From the human T2T-CHM13v2.0 reference genome, Homo sapiens, in NCBI RefSeq assembly GCF_009914755.1, contig NC_060928.1: a stretch of DNA of 64,000 nt; one strand, written 5' to 3'. A program made the translations under genes and the position numbers. The notes under the pieces are model-generated. The model worked only from the letters and a program-made list of their open reading frames with translations, did no database searches and had not been told where the DNA came from. Shown here one piece after another: positions 39,947 to 52,439 of this stretch (positions are counted from its first letter, which is position 1; each line of letters begins with the position of its first letter).

Positions 39947-41835
39947 TTGAGAACTAAAATGCCCACTTTCACCACTTCTATTCAACATAGTACCGGAAGT
40001 CCTAGCCAGAGGAATCAGGCAAGAGAAAGAAATAAAAGGCATCCAAATAGGAAAAGAAGAAGTCAAACTATCTCTATTCACTGACAATATGAGTCTATAC
40101 CTAGAAAACCCTAAAGACTCAGCCAAAAGGCTCCTGGAACTGATAAATGACTTCAGTAAAGTTTCACAAAACAAGATCAATGTACAAAAATCAGGAGCAT
40201 TTCTATAGACCAATAACATTCAAGCTGAGAGACAAATCAAGAATGCAATCCCATTTACAATAGCCACAAAAAATAAATAAAATAAAATAAAATACCTAGG
40301 AAAACAGCTAACCCAGGATGTGAAAGATCTCTACAGGAGAAGTACAAAAGGAAAAGTACAAAACACTGCTGAAAGAAATAAAAAATGACACAAATAAATG
40401 GAAAAACATTCCATGCTTATGGATTGGAAGAATCAACATCATTAAAATGGTCTTAGAGACCAATGCAATCTACAGATTCAATGGTATCCCTATCAAACAA
40501 CCAACGTCATTGTTCGCAGAATTAGAAAAAAAATTCCAAAATTCATATGGAAACAAAAAAGAACTTGAATGGCTAAAGCAATCCTAAGCCAAATGAAGAA
40601 AGACAGAGGCATCACATTACCCAGCTTCAAACTATACTATAAGGCTACAGTAATCAAAACAGCATGGTGCTGGTACAAAAACAGACATAGTCCAATGGAA
40701 CAGAATAGTGAATTCAAAAATAAAGCCATACACTTACAATCATCTTATCTTTGACAAAATTGGAAAAAATAAGCAATAGGGAAAGAACTCTTTATTCAAT
40801 AAATGGTGCTAGAAACTGGCTAGCCACATGTAGAAGAAGAAAACTGGACCCCGACCTTTCACCACATATAAAAATTAACTCAAGATGGATTAAAGATTTA
40901 AATGTAATACCTCAAACTATAAGAATTCTAGAAGAAAACTTAGGAAACACTATTCCAGACATGGGCCTTGGGAAATAATTTATGACTAAGGCCTCAAAAG
41001 CAGTTGCAACAAAAATAAAAATTGACAAATGGGATCTAATTAAAGAGCTTCTGCACAGCTAAAAAAAAAAAAAATCTATCAACAGAATAAACAGACAACC
41101 TACAGAATGGGAAAAAATAGTCACAAACTACGCATCTGACAAAGGTCTAATATCCAAAGAAAAGGGAAATACCCAGAGAAAAGGGAAGGCTTATACACTG
41201 TTGGTGGGAATGTAAATTAGTTCAGGCCCTGTGGAAAGCAGTTTGAGGATTTATCAAAGAATTTAAAACAGAACTACCATTCAACCAAGCAATCCCATTA
41301 CTGGGTATATACCCAAAGAAAAATAGACCATTATACCAAAAAAACACATGAACTTATAAGCTCATCCATAGTAATATTCACAATAACAAAGACATGGAAT
41401 CCACCTATGTGCCCATCAACAGTGGGCTGGATAAGAAAATGTGGTACATATACACCATGGAATACTATGCAGCCATAAAAAGAGAATGAAATCATGTCCT
41501 TTGCAGTAACATGAATGTAGCTGGAGGCCATTATCCTAAGCAAATTAACACAAGAGTGGAAAGCCAAATACTGCATGTTTTCACTTATAAATGGGAGCTA
41601 AACATTGGATACTCATGGACATAAAGATGGCAACGGTGGACACTCAAGACTACTAAAAGGGGGAGAAAAGGTTAAAAAAAAAACTAACTATTGTCTACTA
41701 TGTTCACTTCCTGGGTGGTGATGGGTTCAATCATATTCCAAACCTCAGCATCATGCAATATACCCTTGTAACAAACCTGCATATGTACCCTTGAATCTAA
41801 AAAGTTGAAATTATTAAAATTAAATGAATAAAATA
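39947..41835 (+). mobile_element. L1PA15-17-type, 5'-truncated
   Basis: ORF2 restarts upstream in RT; 3' end GGACATAAAGATGGCAAC...CCAAACCTCAGCATCATGCAATATACCC...AAAAGTTGAAATTAT; degraded TSD AAGAATGGGCAAAAG / AAAAATAGGCAAAGG. Confidence 0.85.
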
Positions 41836-43439
41836 CACAAAAATAGGCAAAGGGTCTGAATAGTTATTTCTCCAAAGAAGATGTAGAAATACTCATCACT
41901 AGTCATTATCAGCCATCAGGGAAAAAATGCAAATAAGAACAGTTCTTTTAGTAGTTTTGAGATACCACTTCACAGCTGCTAGCATGACTCAAATCAAAAA
42001 AAAAAAAAACACAGACAATAATAAGCATTGGAGAAGATGTGGAGAAATCAGAAACCTCATACAAGGCCAGTGGCAATGTGAAATGGTACAGCCACTTTGG
42101 AAAAGGTCTGGAAGTTCCTCTAGAGGTTAATCATAGAGTTACTACACAATCCAGCAATTCCACTCTGAGATATATACCCAAGAGAAATGACAACATATGT
42201 CTACACAAAAGTTTTCACACAAATGTTTGTAGCAGCATAATACTTAATAGCCAAAAAGTTGAAACTGGCCTCACTGGCCATCTATTGATAAATGGATAAG
42301 TAAAATGTGACATAGCCATGTAATGGAATTAAAAGAAACAAAGTAGTGACACATGCTATAACATGGATTACCTTGGAAATACTATGAAGTGAAAGAAGGC
42401 AATCATAAAGATGATATATTGTATCATTCTATTCACATGAAATGTTCCAAATAGGACAATCTATAGAAACAAAGAGTAGATTAGTGGTTCCCAAGGGCTG
42501 GGGAAGCAGAGGTTGGGAGGAAATGGGGAGTGACTACTAATGGGTCTGGAGGTTCTTTCTGGGGTGATGAAAATGTTCTAAAATGGATTGTAGTGGTGAT
42601 CATACAATTCTGTGAATATGCTAAAAAATCATTGAATTGTACAAGTTAAGCGAGCGAATTGTAGGATATGTGAATTATTTCTTAATAAAACTGTTATATA
42701 TATATTTTAAGGATCATTTGTTGTGTGCAGATGACATGCTTTCATTACAGTGAATTACAAATACTCTTAATAGACAAGTGGATCTTTTAGCTAAATGCTT
42801 CCCACAAGGAAGGCAACAAATCAACATATGTAAAACCAATAAATATTTTTGATATCATCCCCTAAATGTGAACTGGTTTATTTCTATATGTTTATAGTTA
42901 ACATATCCATGTAAGGATTCACATCATTCACTTTTGTGGCATATTTTTGAAACCCATTTTTCTTGGAGAGTAATACTAGAAGTCACATTGCTCAAAGACA
43001 TTCTAATGGAGTTTTATTGATAATTTTGTTATGGCTCAAGGAGGGTGTTCGGTTACAGCTGCTTTAAAACTATTCCAGGTTACTGTGGTTATAATCAATG
43101 GCCAAGAATTTTGAAGCTTCCTTCACCCATTCAAATGTGGGTGAAAAGTTGCCCAGAACTCTTGAAGGGAATCTTGGTACTGTTCACAACTTTCTTAGGC
43201 ATGTGTTCTTGTCAGGCTGCTTGATTTTACACTATACTGCCAATCCCATCTACAAGTCAGCTGACTGTTAAGGCTCTGCACTTGATTAAAAATATAAAAT
43301 ATATATGAATCAAGCCTTTGTCAGGAACTACATTCTCTTCCTGACAAATATATATTGTGTCACATTCACAGCAAACTCAGTGGAGAGAAATAATATTTAT
43401 GAAGGATTATCTGAAGAAAATGTCACACATCTATAATCT

Positions 43440-43565
43440 TTAGCCTATGCCTAGATCCCACCCAAGATAAAAGGATCAGAATTTGTGGGGATGGGCCCAG
43501 GCATACGTGTCTTTCAAAAGTACCAAAAGTGATTCTAATGTGTAGGCAGGGTTTAGAAATACTTT
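43440..43565. mobile_element. MER5-family hAT-Charlie fragment
   Basis: ATCAGAATTTGTGGGGATGGGCCCAGG...GTGATTCTAATGTG...GGGTTTAGAAATACT. Confidence 0.7.
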
Positions 43566-44727
43566 ATTCTAAAAGTTATACTTAGATTAAGCCAGAGCAT
43601 CATAAAATTGAGTATCCAGAATTCATTACATTATACTCTCTACCACACACACATCACAAAATTCATTTTCTTCAATAGTGATTTGAATCAATGTCAGGCT
43701 ACACTGGATGATTTTATTTAAATCCCTATGAAACTCACCACTATATTTATCATAAATATGATTATGAAGACATTTGTTTTTACCATATTTCATAATGTCT
43801 TCATAGTGAAGTCTCATGGGAGATGTTTTTCTCTGATCTCACTATCGAAAAGAATAACAAAAACTCTGGAATTATTTTTACATCATGAATACTGTGAACT
43901 TTGTAACTGATCCTGTTTTTTATTTTGGGTTGGGTTTATTTTTGGGTTTATCATACAACTTAAAGTAAAAATTTAGTTCCATCTCTGGTAGAACAGTACC
44001 TCCCAGCACAAGCTACATGTACTAACCTTACCCTTGACCTCATCTTATTTTTTCATCAAGCACCATGGTGATGACCCTGGATCTATTCCAGTAACCCCAT
44101 GGTGACATACAAATATTATAGTTTTTATGTTCACGTGATATTAAAAAATGTTGAGAGGAACTGCTTTAGGGTGTCAATGATACATAAAGGTCTGTGGTAA
44201 AGTGGGAAAAAATATTTCTCCTCTCTTCATTTATAAGAAAAATGGGATCTAAGTCCTGCTGATATCCGTAATAGTTTACTGAGATTTCTATGAAACTGCT
44301 CTTCCTCTTTTTACATCCTTGTTAAGCCTCTTCTCTCACAGTCTTAAATATGCAAACATGAAATGTTGGGCCAGAAGAAAAATCCAAGTACAAGATATCA
44401 TTCAAATATTAGGATATACACATTACTCAAATGATCAAAAAGTTGTTTCCAGGGAGGCTCCTTGGTATCTCTGTAAATAAAATTTCTGTTCACTCTTTCG
44501 AATCAGCTCCCCATGCATGTCTAGAGCCCAGTTAGACCCAGATGAGACCCACACTACCCTGGTGTCCACGTATTCTATACTCAGGCACTTAAAGTAAATT
44601 ATCTCATTCAATTCTTAAAACAACCCTATGCATAAGGCATTATTGTACTGTTTTACAAATGAGTAAACAATTTCAGAGAAGGGGCAAAGACTTATCTGAC
44701 AGCTAAATTTGGAAACAATTAAATGGG

Positions 44728-45113
44728 TGTATTAGTCCATTTTCACATTGCTATATAGAACTGCCTGAGACTGGGTAATTGATAAAGGAAATAAGTTTAA
44801 TTGACTCAGTTCAGCATGGTTGGGAAGGCCTCCGGAAACTTACAAACATGGTGGAAGGTGAAGGGGAAGCAAGGTACCTTCTTTACAAGGCGGCAGGAAT
44901 GAGTAGTGCCGAATAAAGCGGGAAGAACCCCTTATAAAACCATCAGATCTAGTGAGAAGTCACTCACTCTCACAAGAACAGCATGGGGGAAACTGCCCCC
45001 ATGATTCAATTACCTCTACCTCTTCTCTCCCTTGACACATGGGGATTACGGGGCTTAGGGAGATTGCAATTCAAAATGAGATTTGAGTGGGGACCCAAAG
45101 CCTAATCATATCA
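44728..45113 (-). mobile_element. THE1C/D MaLR solo LTR, inserted in a MIR
   Basis: TGTATTAGTCCATTTTCACATTGCTATA...CCAAAGCCTAATCATATCA; TSD ATGGG/AAGGG. Confidence 0.92.
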
Positions 45114-45360
45114 AAGGGCATGCTCTGTCTAGCTTCAAGTCACATATTTTTGGAATCTGGGATGCTTTGAGTTCTGTAAATCATTATTACTTTAGCCTCC
45201 ACTGTACTGTTATTGCCACTCTAGCACAACCTCCAAATAATTTTCTAATTGTATGCACTAAGGACAAACTGCCACTTTGGTTAATTTTTAAGAGCTTCAG
45301 TGCATTAAAAATATAGAACTCATGGGTTCTTTAAGTCTCTTAAGACTGTGAATTCCCCAA

Positions 45361-48190
45361 TGTACAAATATCACTACACCAACAACAGTCACACCAAGAG
45401 CCAAATCAGAAAGACAATCCCATTCATAATTGCCACAAAAAGAATAAAATACCTAAGAATACAGATAACCAGGAAGGTGAGAAATCTCTACAATGAGAAT
45501 CACAAAACCTTGCACAAAAAAGTCAGAGAAGACACCAACAAATGGAAAAACATCCCATGCTTATGAATAGGAAGAATCACTATCATTAAAATGGCCATAC
45601 TGCCCAAAGCAATTTACAGATTCAGTACTATTCCTATCAAACCACCAATGACATTATTCACAGAACTAGAAAAAACTGTTTAAAATTTCATATGAAACCG
45701 AAAAAAGAGCCTGAATAGCCAAGGCAATTCTAAGCAAAAAGAACAACACTGATGGCATCACTTTACCCAACTTCAAACTATAATACAGGGCTACAGTAAC
45801 CAAAACAGCACGGTACTGGTACAAATACAGGCACATAGACCAATAGAACAGAACACAGAGCCCAGTAATAAGGCTGCACACCTATGACCATCTGAACTTT
45901 GACAAAGCTGACAAAAACAACCAAAGGGGAAAAGACTCCCTAGTCAATAAATGGTGCTGGGATAACTGGCTAGCCATATGCAAATGATTGAAGCTGGACC
46001 CCTTCCTTACATCATATAATGAAATCAACTGAAGGTGAACTAAAAACTTAAATGTAAAATCCAAAACTATAAAAACCCTGGAAGACAACCTATGCAATAC
46101 CATCCTGGGCATGGGAACGAGTAAAGGTTCCATGAAAAAGACACCAAAAGCAATCGCAACAGAAACAAAAATTGACAAATGGGATCTAATTAAACTTAAG
46201 GGCTTCTGCACAGCAAAAGTTACTATCAACAGAGTAAATAGACAACCTACAGAATGGAAGAAATATCTGTCAAAGATCTAACAGCCAGCATCTATAAGCA
46301 ACTTAAACAAATTTACAAGAGACAAACAATCCCATTAAAAAATGGGCAAAGAATATGAAAAGGCAATTTTCAAAAGAAAACATACATGTGACCAATAAGC
46401 ATTGGAAGAAAAGCTCAACATCACTGTGAAGGGGTGGCCTGCCCCTCCACACCTGTGGGTATTTCAAGTTGGGTGGGATGAGAGACTGAGAAAAGAAATA
46501 AGACACAAAGTATAGAAAAACAACAGTGGGCCCAGGGGACCAGCGCTCAGCACAGCAAGGACCTGCACCAGCACCGGTCTCTGAGTTACCCCAATTTTTA
46601 TTGATTATTATTTTCATTATTTCAGCAAAAAGGAATGTAGTAGGAGGGCAAGGTGATAATAAGGAGAAGGTCAGCAACAAACACGTGAGCAATAGAATCT
46701 ATGTCATAATTAAGTTCAAGGGAAGGTACTATGACTGGATGTGCACGTAGGCCAGATTTATGTTTCTCTCCACCCAAACATCTCAGTGGAGTAAAGAATA
46801 ACAAGGCAGCATTGCTGCAAACATGTCTCACCTCCCACCATAGGGCGGTTTTTCTCCTATCTCAGAATTGAACAAATGTACAATCGGGTTTTATACCGAG
46901 ACATTCAGTTCCCAGGGGCAGGCAGGAGACAGTGGCCTTCCTCTATCTCAACTTCAAGAGGCTTTCCTCTTTTACTAATCCACCTCAGCACAGACCCTTT
47001 ACGGGTGTCGGGCTGGGGGATGGTCAGGTCTTTCTCATCCCACGAGGCCATATTTCAGACTATCACATGGGGAGAAACCTTGGACAATACCCCGCTTTCA
47101 AGGGCAGAGGTCCCTGCGGCTTTCCGCAGTGCATTGTGCCCCTGGTTTATTGAGACTAGAGAATGGCGATGACTTTTACCAACTATACTGCTTGTAAACA
47201 TTTTGTTAACAAGGCACAGCCCTAGATCCCTTAAACCTTGATTTCATACAACACATGTTTTTGTGAGCTCCAGGTTGGGTCAAAGTGGCTGGGGCAAAGC
47301 TACAAATTAACAACATCTCAGCAAAGCAATTGTTTAAAGTACAGGTCTTTTTCAAAATGGAGTCTCTTATGTCTTCCCTTTCTACATAGACACAGTAACA
47401 GTCTGATATCTCTTTCTTTTCCCTACATCACTGATCATTAGAGAAATGCAAATCAAAACCACCATGAGATACCGTCTCACACCAGTCAGAATGGCTATTA
47501 TTAGAAAGTCAAAAAATAACAGATACTAGTGACGTTGCGGAGAAAAGGAAACACTTATACACTGTTGATGGGAATGTAAATAAGTTCAACCATTGTGGAA
47601 AGCAGTATGGTGATTCCTCAAACAGCTAAAAGCAGAACTACCATTTTACCCAGCAATCTTTTTCCTGGGTATATAGCCAGAGGAATATAAAGCATTCTAC
47701 CACAAGGCACATGCACACGAATGTTTATTGCAGCACTATTCACAATAGCAAAGACGTGGAATCAACCTAAGTCCCCATTAATGACACACTGGACACAGAA
47801 AATGTGGTACATATACACTATGGAATACTATGAAGCCATAAAAAAAGAATAAGATCATGTCTTTTTCAGGCACATGGATGGAGCTAGAGGCTATTATCCT
47901 TAGCAAAGTAATGCAGGAACAGAAAACCGAATACTGCATGTTCTCACTTATAAGTGGGAGCTAAATGATGAGAACACATGGACGCAGAGAAGGAAACAAG
48001 AGACACTAGGGTCTACTTGCGAGGGGAGGGTGGGAAAAGGAAGAGGAGCAGAAAAGATAACTATTGGATATGGGCTTAATAAATGGGTGATGAAATAATC
48101 TGTACAACAAACCCCCATGACATGAGTTTACCTATGTAACAAACCTTCACATGTATCCCTAAGCCTAAAATAAAAGTTAAAAAAAAAAAA
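45361..48190 (+). mobile_element. L1PA12-14-type, 5'-truncated, interrupted by LTR5A
   Basis: ORF2 C-terminal remnants; 3' end GAGCAGAAAAGATAACTATTGG...CTGTACAACAAACCCCCATGAC...AATAAAAGTT plus poly-A. Confidence 0.88.
46427..47427 (-). mobile_element. LTR5A solo LTR (HERV-K HML-2)
   Basis: Minus strand TGTAGGGAAAAGAAAGAGA.ATCAGACTGTTACTGTG...GGCCACCCCTTCA; perfect 6-bp TSD TCACTG (46421-46426, 47428-47433); TATAAAA at 46889-46895 and AATAAA at 46597-46602 on the minus strand. Confidence 0.95.
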
Positions 48191-48494
48191 CACTACAGAT
48201 TTCCAAAACCAAAACACCAGTACAAAATCAAACAGCCAAATTCTGGGCCATCAAGTAAACTCTTTCGAAAAGGACCCTACTCCCTTTGTATGTTGCACTG
48301 CAAGAGCTACTTTTACTTATTTAACCATTTGTTGATTTATCCAAGATTTACCCTGTATGTGCTCTGCAGCAGATATTCTGTGTGGCACAATAATGGAAAG
48401 ATGATTAAGATGAGCCCACTCTTAGGCAACCCACAACTGAGTGAATATATTAGATAGTATTCGTGTCTCTGGAAAGAGAAAAAGATCTCACTAG

Positions 48495-48561
48495 TCTCTC
48501 TCTCCCTCCCTCTCTCTCTCTCTCTTGCACACACACACACACACACACATACACACACACA
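48495..48561. repeat. Compound (CT)n-(CA)n microsatellite
   Basis: Seen directly. Confidence 0.92.
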
Positions 48562-48583
48562 GTAGTTTGCTCCTTGCAGTTTC

Positions 48584-48890
48584 TGTGATGGTTAAGCTTA
48601 TGTGTCAATTTGATAATTTAATTGGGTCACAAAGTGCCCAGATATTTGGTCAAATATTATTCTGGGTATGTCTGTGAGGGTGATTCTGAATAAAATTAAC
48701 ATTTGAATCAGCAGACTGAGCAAAACAGATGGCTCTCTCTAACATGATGGGGCCTCATCCAATTAGGTTAATAGAAAAGAAAATGCTAAGTAAGAAAGAA
48801 TTCCTCCTGCCTGACTGCCTTGAGCTGGGACATCATTTTTTATTCTTTCCTTTGGACTCAAAGTGAATTATCAGCTCTTCTTGGGTTGTT
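48584..48890 (+). mobile_element. MLT2D-like ERVL LTR, 3'-truncated
   Basis: TGTGATGGTTAA...TGCCCAGATATTTGGTCAAATATTATTCTGGG. Confidence 0.85.
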
Positions 48891-49044
48891 AGTTTCTCTA
48901 ACAGTAAATTGATTCATTCTGAAATTTTGTTTAAAATGTAAAATTAGTTCTATACCACAAAACTAAGATATCTTCTTTGTTAAGAGTAGTATGCTTGAGA
49001 AACAACCAGGAGGTGAAATTTGCAGAGCAAAATAACAGTTGGAG

Positions 49045-49505
49045 AAGTTAATCTGAAAAAGGCTACATAGTGTGCGATTCCAACTATATGACATTCAGGA
49101 AAAGGCAAAACTATGGAGACAGTAAAAGGATCAGTGGTTGCCAGGGGATTGGTGGGAGGAAAGGATGAACAGGCAGAGCACAGATGATTTTTTAGGACAG
49201 TGAAACTATTCTCTATGATGCTTTAATGATGAATACATGTCATTATACATTTGTCATAACCCATAGAATGTACAACACAGAGTCAACCTTAGTGTAAACT
49301 ACGGAATTTAGTTCATCACAATGTATCAATATTGGGTTCATCAACTGTAACAATGTATCACGCTAATGCACGATGTTAAGAATAGGGAGAACCGGGCAGG
49401 TACGGAGGAGAAAGGTGAGAGGCTCTCTGGGAACTGTACATTTTGCTCAAGTTTTCTATATATCTTAACCTGTTCTAAATAAATAAAGTCTATTAATTTA
49501 AAACA
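49045..49505 (+). mobile_element. L1MC1/2-type 3' end
   Basis: GGAAAAGGCAAAACTATGGAGACAGTAAAAGGATCAGTGGTTGCCAGGG...CCCATAGAATGTACAACAC. Confidence 0.85.
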
Positions 49506-49585
49506 TCAAAATCAATAACGGTTGACAGACTTTAGGTGGGACCAGGGCTTTTTAGTAAGTGGCAGAGCATTTTGAGCTTGGTACA

Positions 49586-49884
49586 TGCTATGGTCTAAAT
49601 ATGTCCCCACAAAATTCACATGCTGAAACTGAATCACCAATGTGATGGTATAAAAGATTAGTGGTCTAAGAGGTGTGAGAAGCTGTCTGCTTCTCTTCCC
49701 TCTGCCACTTAAGGAGGCAGCAAGAAGGCTCCATCTTTGAAGCAGAACACAGCTCTCACCAGAGGCTGAGTCGGCCAGTGCCATAATTTTGGACTTGCCA
49801 GCCTCCAGAACTCTGAGAAATAAATTTCTGCTCTTTATAAATCACCCAGTCTAAAGTATAAGACAGCAGGAATGGACTAAGACA
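49586..49884 (+). mobile_element. MST/MLT1A-type MaLR LTR
   Basis: TGCTATGGTCT start; CCAGCCTCCAGAACTCTGAGAAATAAATTTCTG...GGACTAAGACA end. Confidence 0.85.
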
Positions 49885-50339
49885 GTAGCATATAACAGCA
49901 TACAATTGGCTACTGGCCAATATGAGGCTCAAAGGGATACATTTTGATAGGGATAGGTTTCGATAGTGCATTGACAGATTTTCACTGAGGTGCGGTAAAA
50001 AACACCTCAGGAGGAAAAACACCTCACGTAAGACTTGGTGAGTAGGGCTGCCAGCACTGAAATTTTTAAACTTAGCTGGAAGATAAAAACAGCCACTTTC
50101 TGAGGACTGAAGAAGCATACATAAATGTTTTCCTTCTCCAGATTATAGTAAATCAATGGTGACAAAATAACTTCTTGATAAGGGATTTCTCCCAATTAAG
50201 CTTAAACTCACTGGTCATGGATTCTAGATGTCTGGCTTCACTCGCATCCTAGTAAGATTGAATCGAGATTTTTTTCTTTCTTCGTTTTATCCTTTTGTCT
50301 CCTCAGTTACTATGTCTGATAGCTTTCTTCACTTTGTAC

Positions 50340-50665
50340 CTCATTAATGGGCTCCTGTGCTTCCAGCTGGTTCAGAAGAGTCCAAGGAGGGACAGAGTGA
50401 GTTGAACTATTTCCTCCCTAGGCTCCTGCCTGCCCTTATCAGGAGGCCTCTCATAGTCATCTCCTCGTTAGGATTCCACTTGTTCTCTCCCTTCCTTCTT
50501 CAGGCCCAGCCGTAGTAACAGCCTCCCCATTACCAACCCCAGGAGTTTACACTACTCCCTGTGGCTTCTTTATATTCTGCCTACACCCTTACTATGTTTT
50601 CCTCAAATTATCCCAAGTAGAAATGTAATATGCCACCTACCTCAAGGCCCTTAGCTCAATAAATA
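50340..50665 (+). mobile_element. LTR33-like ERVL LTR fragment
   Basis: CCTTCTTCAGGCCCAGCCGTAGTAACAGCCTCCCC...CTGCCTACACCCTT. Confidence 0.55.
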
Positions 50666-51164
50666 TACCACCAATCTTCCTGCATGCATCTTTGGAAATA
50701 CTAAGGACAAGGTGTGGGGGAAATAATTTTGCCTGGGATAACTGTTCTGGGGACTAAGATTACGTGAGTGAAAAACCAGTGCTGTGGTCATTTTAGATGG
50801 CTTGTTGACCTTTTAGAATCTTTTTTAAAAATAAGGTTTATCAAAGATTTGGTTCAGAATCAATACAACTTCTGGAAGCTTGAAGAAATTTTACTAATTC
50901 CAGTGAGAAATAGCACCGGATACAACTGCCGCAAGAAAAGCAATTCTAGTCAGACATCAAGAAACTCTATCTGAGACTAAGCATAAGAATTTGGAGTTAG
51001 AACAAAACTTCAATTCTGGGGAATTTTTAACTCACAAATCCAAAAGAATTTGGACTTTAATTCTTTGGACTTTAGATTAACTTGAATTCTTCCAGACTCT
51101 TAACTTGAAAAGGGGTAAGATCTTTGAATATTTTTCCCCAAGAAATTTATAATGGGAGAGTGTT

Positions 51165-51722
51165 TGTGATGGTTAACATTATGTATCAATTTGACTGTGC
51201 TAAGGGAAGCCCAGATAGCTGGTAAACATTATTTCTGGGTATGTCTGTGAGGGTGTTTCCAAAAGACATTAGCATTTGAATCAGCAGACTGAGTAAAGAA
51301 GATCCACTCTCCCCAGTGTGGGCAGGCCAGGCATCATCCAATCCACTGAGGGCCTGAATAGAACAAAAAGGCGATGGAAGGACGAATTCATTCTCCCTTC
51401 TATAGCTGGGATATCCATCTAGTCCTTCCCTGAGACATCAGTGCTCCTGGGTCTCAGACCTTTAGACTCTGGGAATCACACCAGCGGCCTCCCAGGTTCT
51501 CAGGTCTTAGGACTCAGACTGAATTACACCACTGGCTTTCCTGGTTCTTCTCCAGCTTACAAACAGAATTATCATGGGACATTTCAACCTCCATAATCAT
51601 ATATGCCAATTCCCATAATGAATCTCCTCTTATGTATCTATATAGATACAGATACAAATATAGATATAGATATACATATAGATATGTCCTATGGTTCTGT
51701 TTTACTGGAGAACCCTAATACA
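51165..51722 (+). mobile_element. MLT2B-type ERVL solo LTR
   Basis: TGTGATGGTTAA start; CCCAGATAGCTGGTAAACATTATTTCTGGG; GGAGAACCCTAATACA end. Confidence 0.92.
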
Positions 51723-52095
51723 GTTTCTATATTCAAATTTAGGGCATCTTTTTTAGTTTTGGAACATCTTAATGTAGTTGTTTCATTTCATTTTGTAACT
51801 TCTAAGTTACACTGGACAATTTGGCAGGTCATGGTTTCTTATGGGAACTGGACTATGGGATGAAATTTCTGTCCTGGAAATTACTTTGGAATTTATTTAA
51901 TTAATGGCTATTCTGACCCATTTCAGAGCCTACTGGAACAAAATCTATGTTGTCATCAATAGATCAGAGGATCCACAAAGAAGCGATGGTTTGCATTGAG
52001 ACAGTGGACTCAGGAAGGCAAAGCAGGATTGTTCTTAGCTGAGTGTTGATCTCTTTCCCAGCCCATGAAGCAGACAAAACCCAATGGGCTAGGCT

Positions 52096-52439
52096 CAGGG
52101 TGTCTCTAGGGGGTTAACCGGGACAATTCTTCCTTTATAAGGGAGACAATGTTATTGGGACAATTCTTTCTTACATTTCTCAGTTAATCCAAAAACATTA
52201 ACAGAGGAACATTATTTACTGAACCTCCATGATCCTGCCTATCTACTAACTTAAATCTCCTGCTAATCTAGATTTCTTTCCCTGTCACACACAACCTTCT
52301 TTAATAAAACTTTTCTGTGCATTGTAAGATCTTTAGCATCCTTAGCCCCAACCCACTAAACATCATCAGTATGCTGCAATCACTGCTACAACCAAAAACT
52401 TTCCTAGAGGAAGATAACAATCCTGGTTTATAACCACTG
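52096..52439. mobile_element. MER20-family hAT element interrupted by a templated insert
   Basis: GGGACAATTCTT...TGTGCATTGTAAGA...TAGCATCC...ACCCACTAAA...ACAACCAAAAA...AACCACTG. Confidence 0.7.

Larger units (their letters stand above)
31135..42697 (+). mobile_element. Old L1MB (L1MB4/5-like) ORF2-3'UTR scaffold split into five pieces by four younger insertions
   Basis: Collinear decayed ORF2 at 31135-31826, 32188-32289, 37974-38735, 39517-39945 and 41853-42697; L1MB 3' end CTGGGGTGATGAAAATGTTCTAAAAT...AATAAAACTGTT. Confidence 0.85.

Noticed and set aside
48584-51722. Two MLT2 LTRs as ends of one provirus
   Set aside because: Different subtypes, first LTR truncated, and the intervening DNA is L1MC/MST/LTR33 rather than ERVL internal sequence
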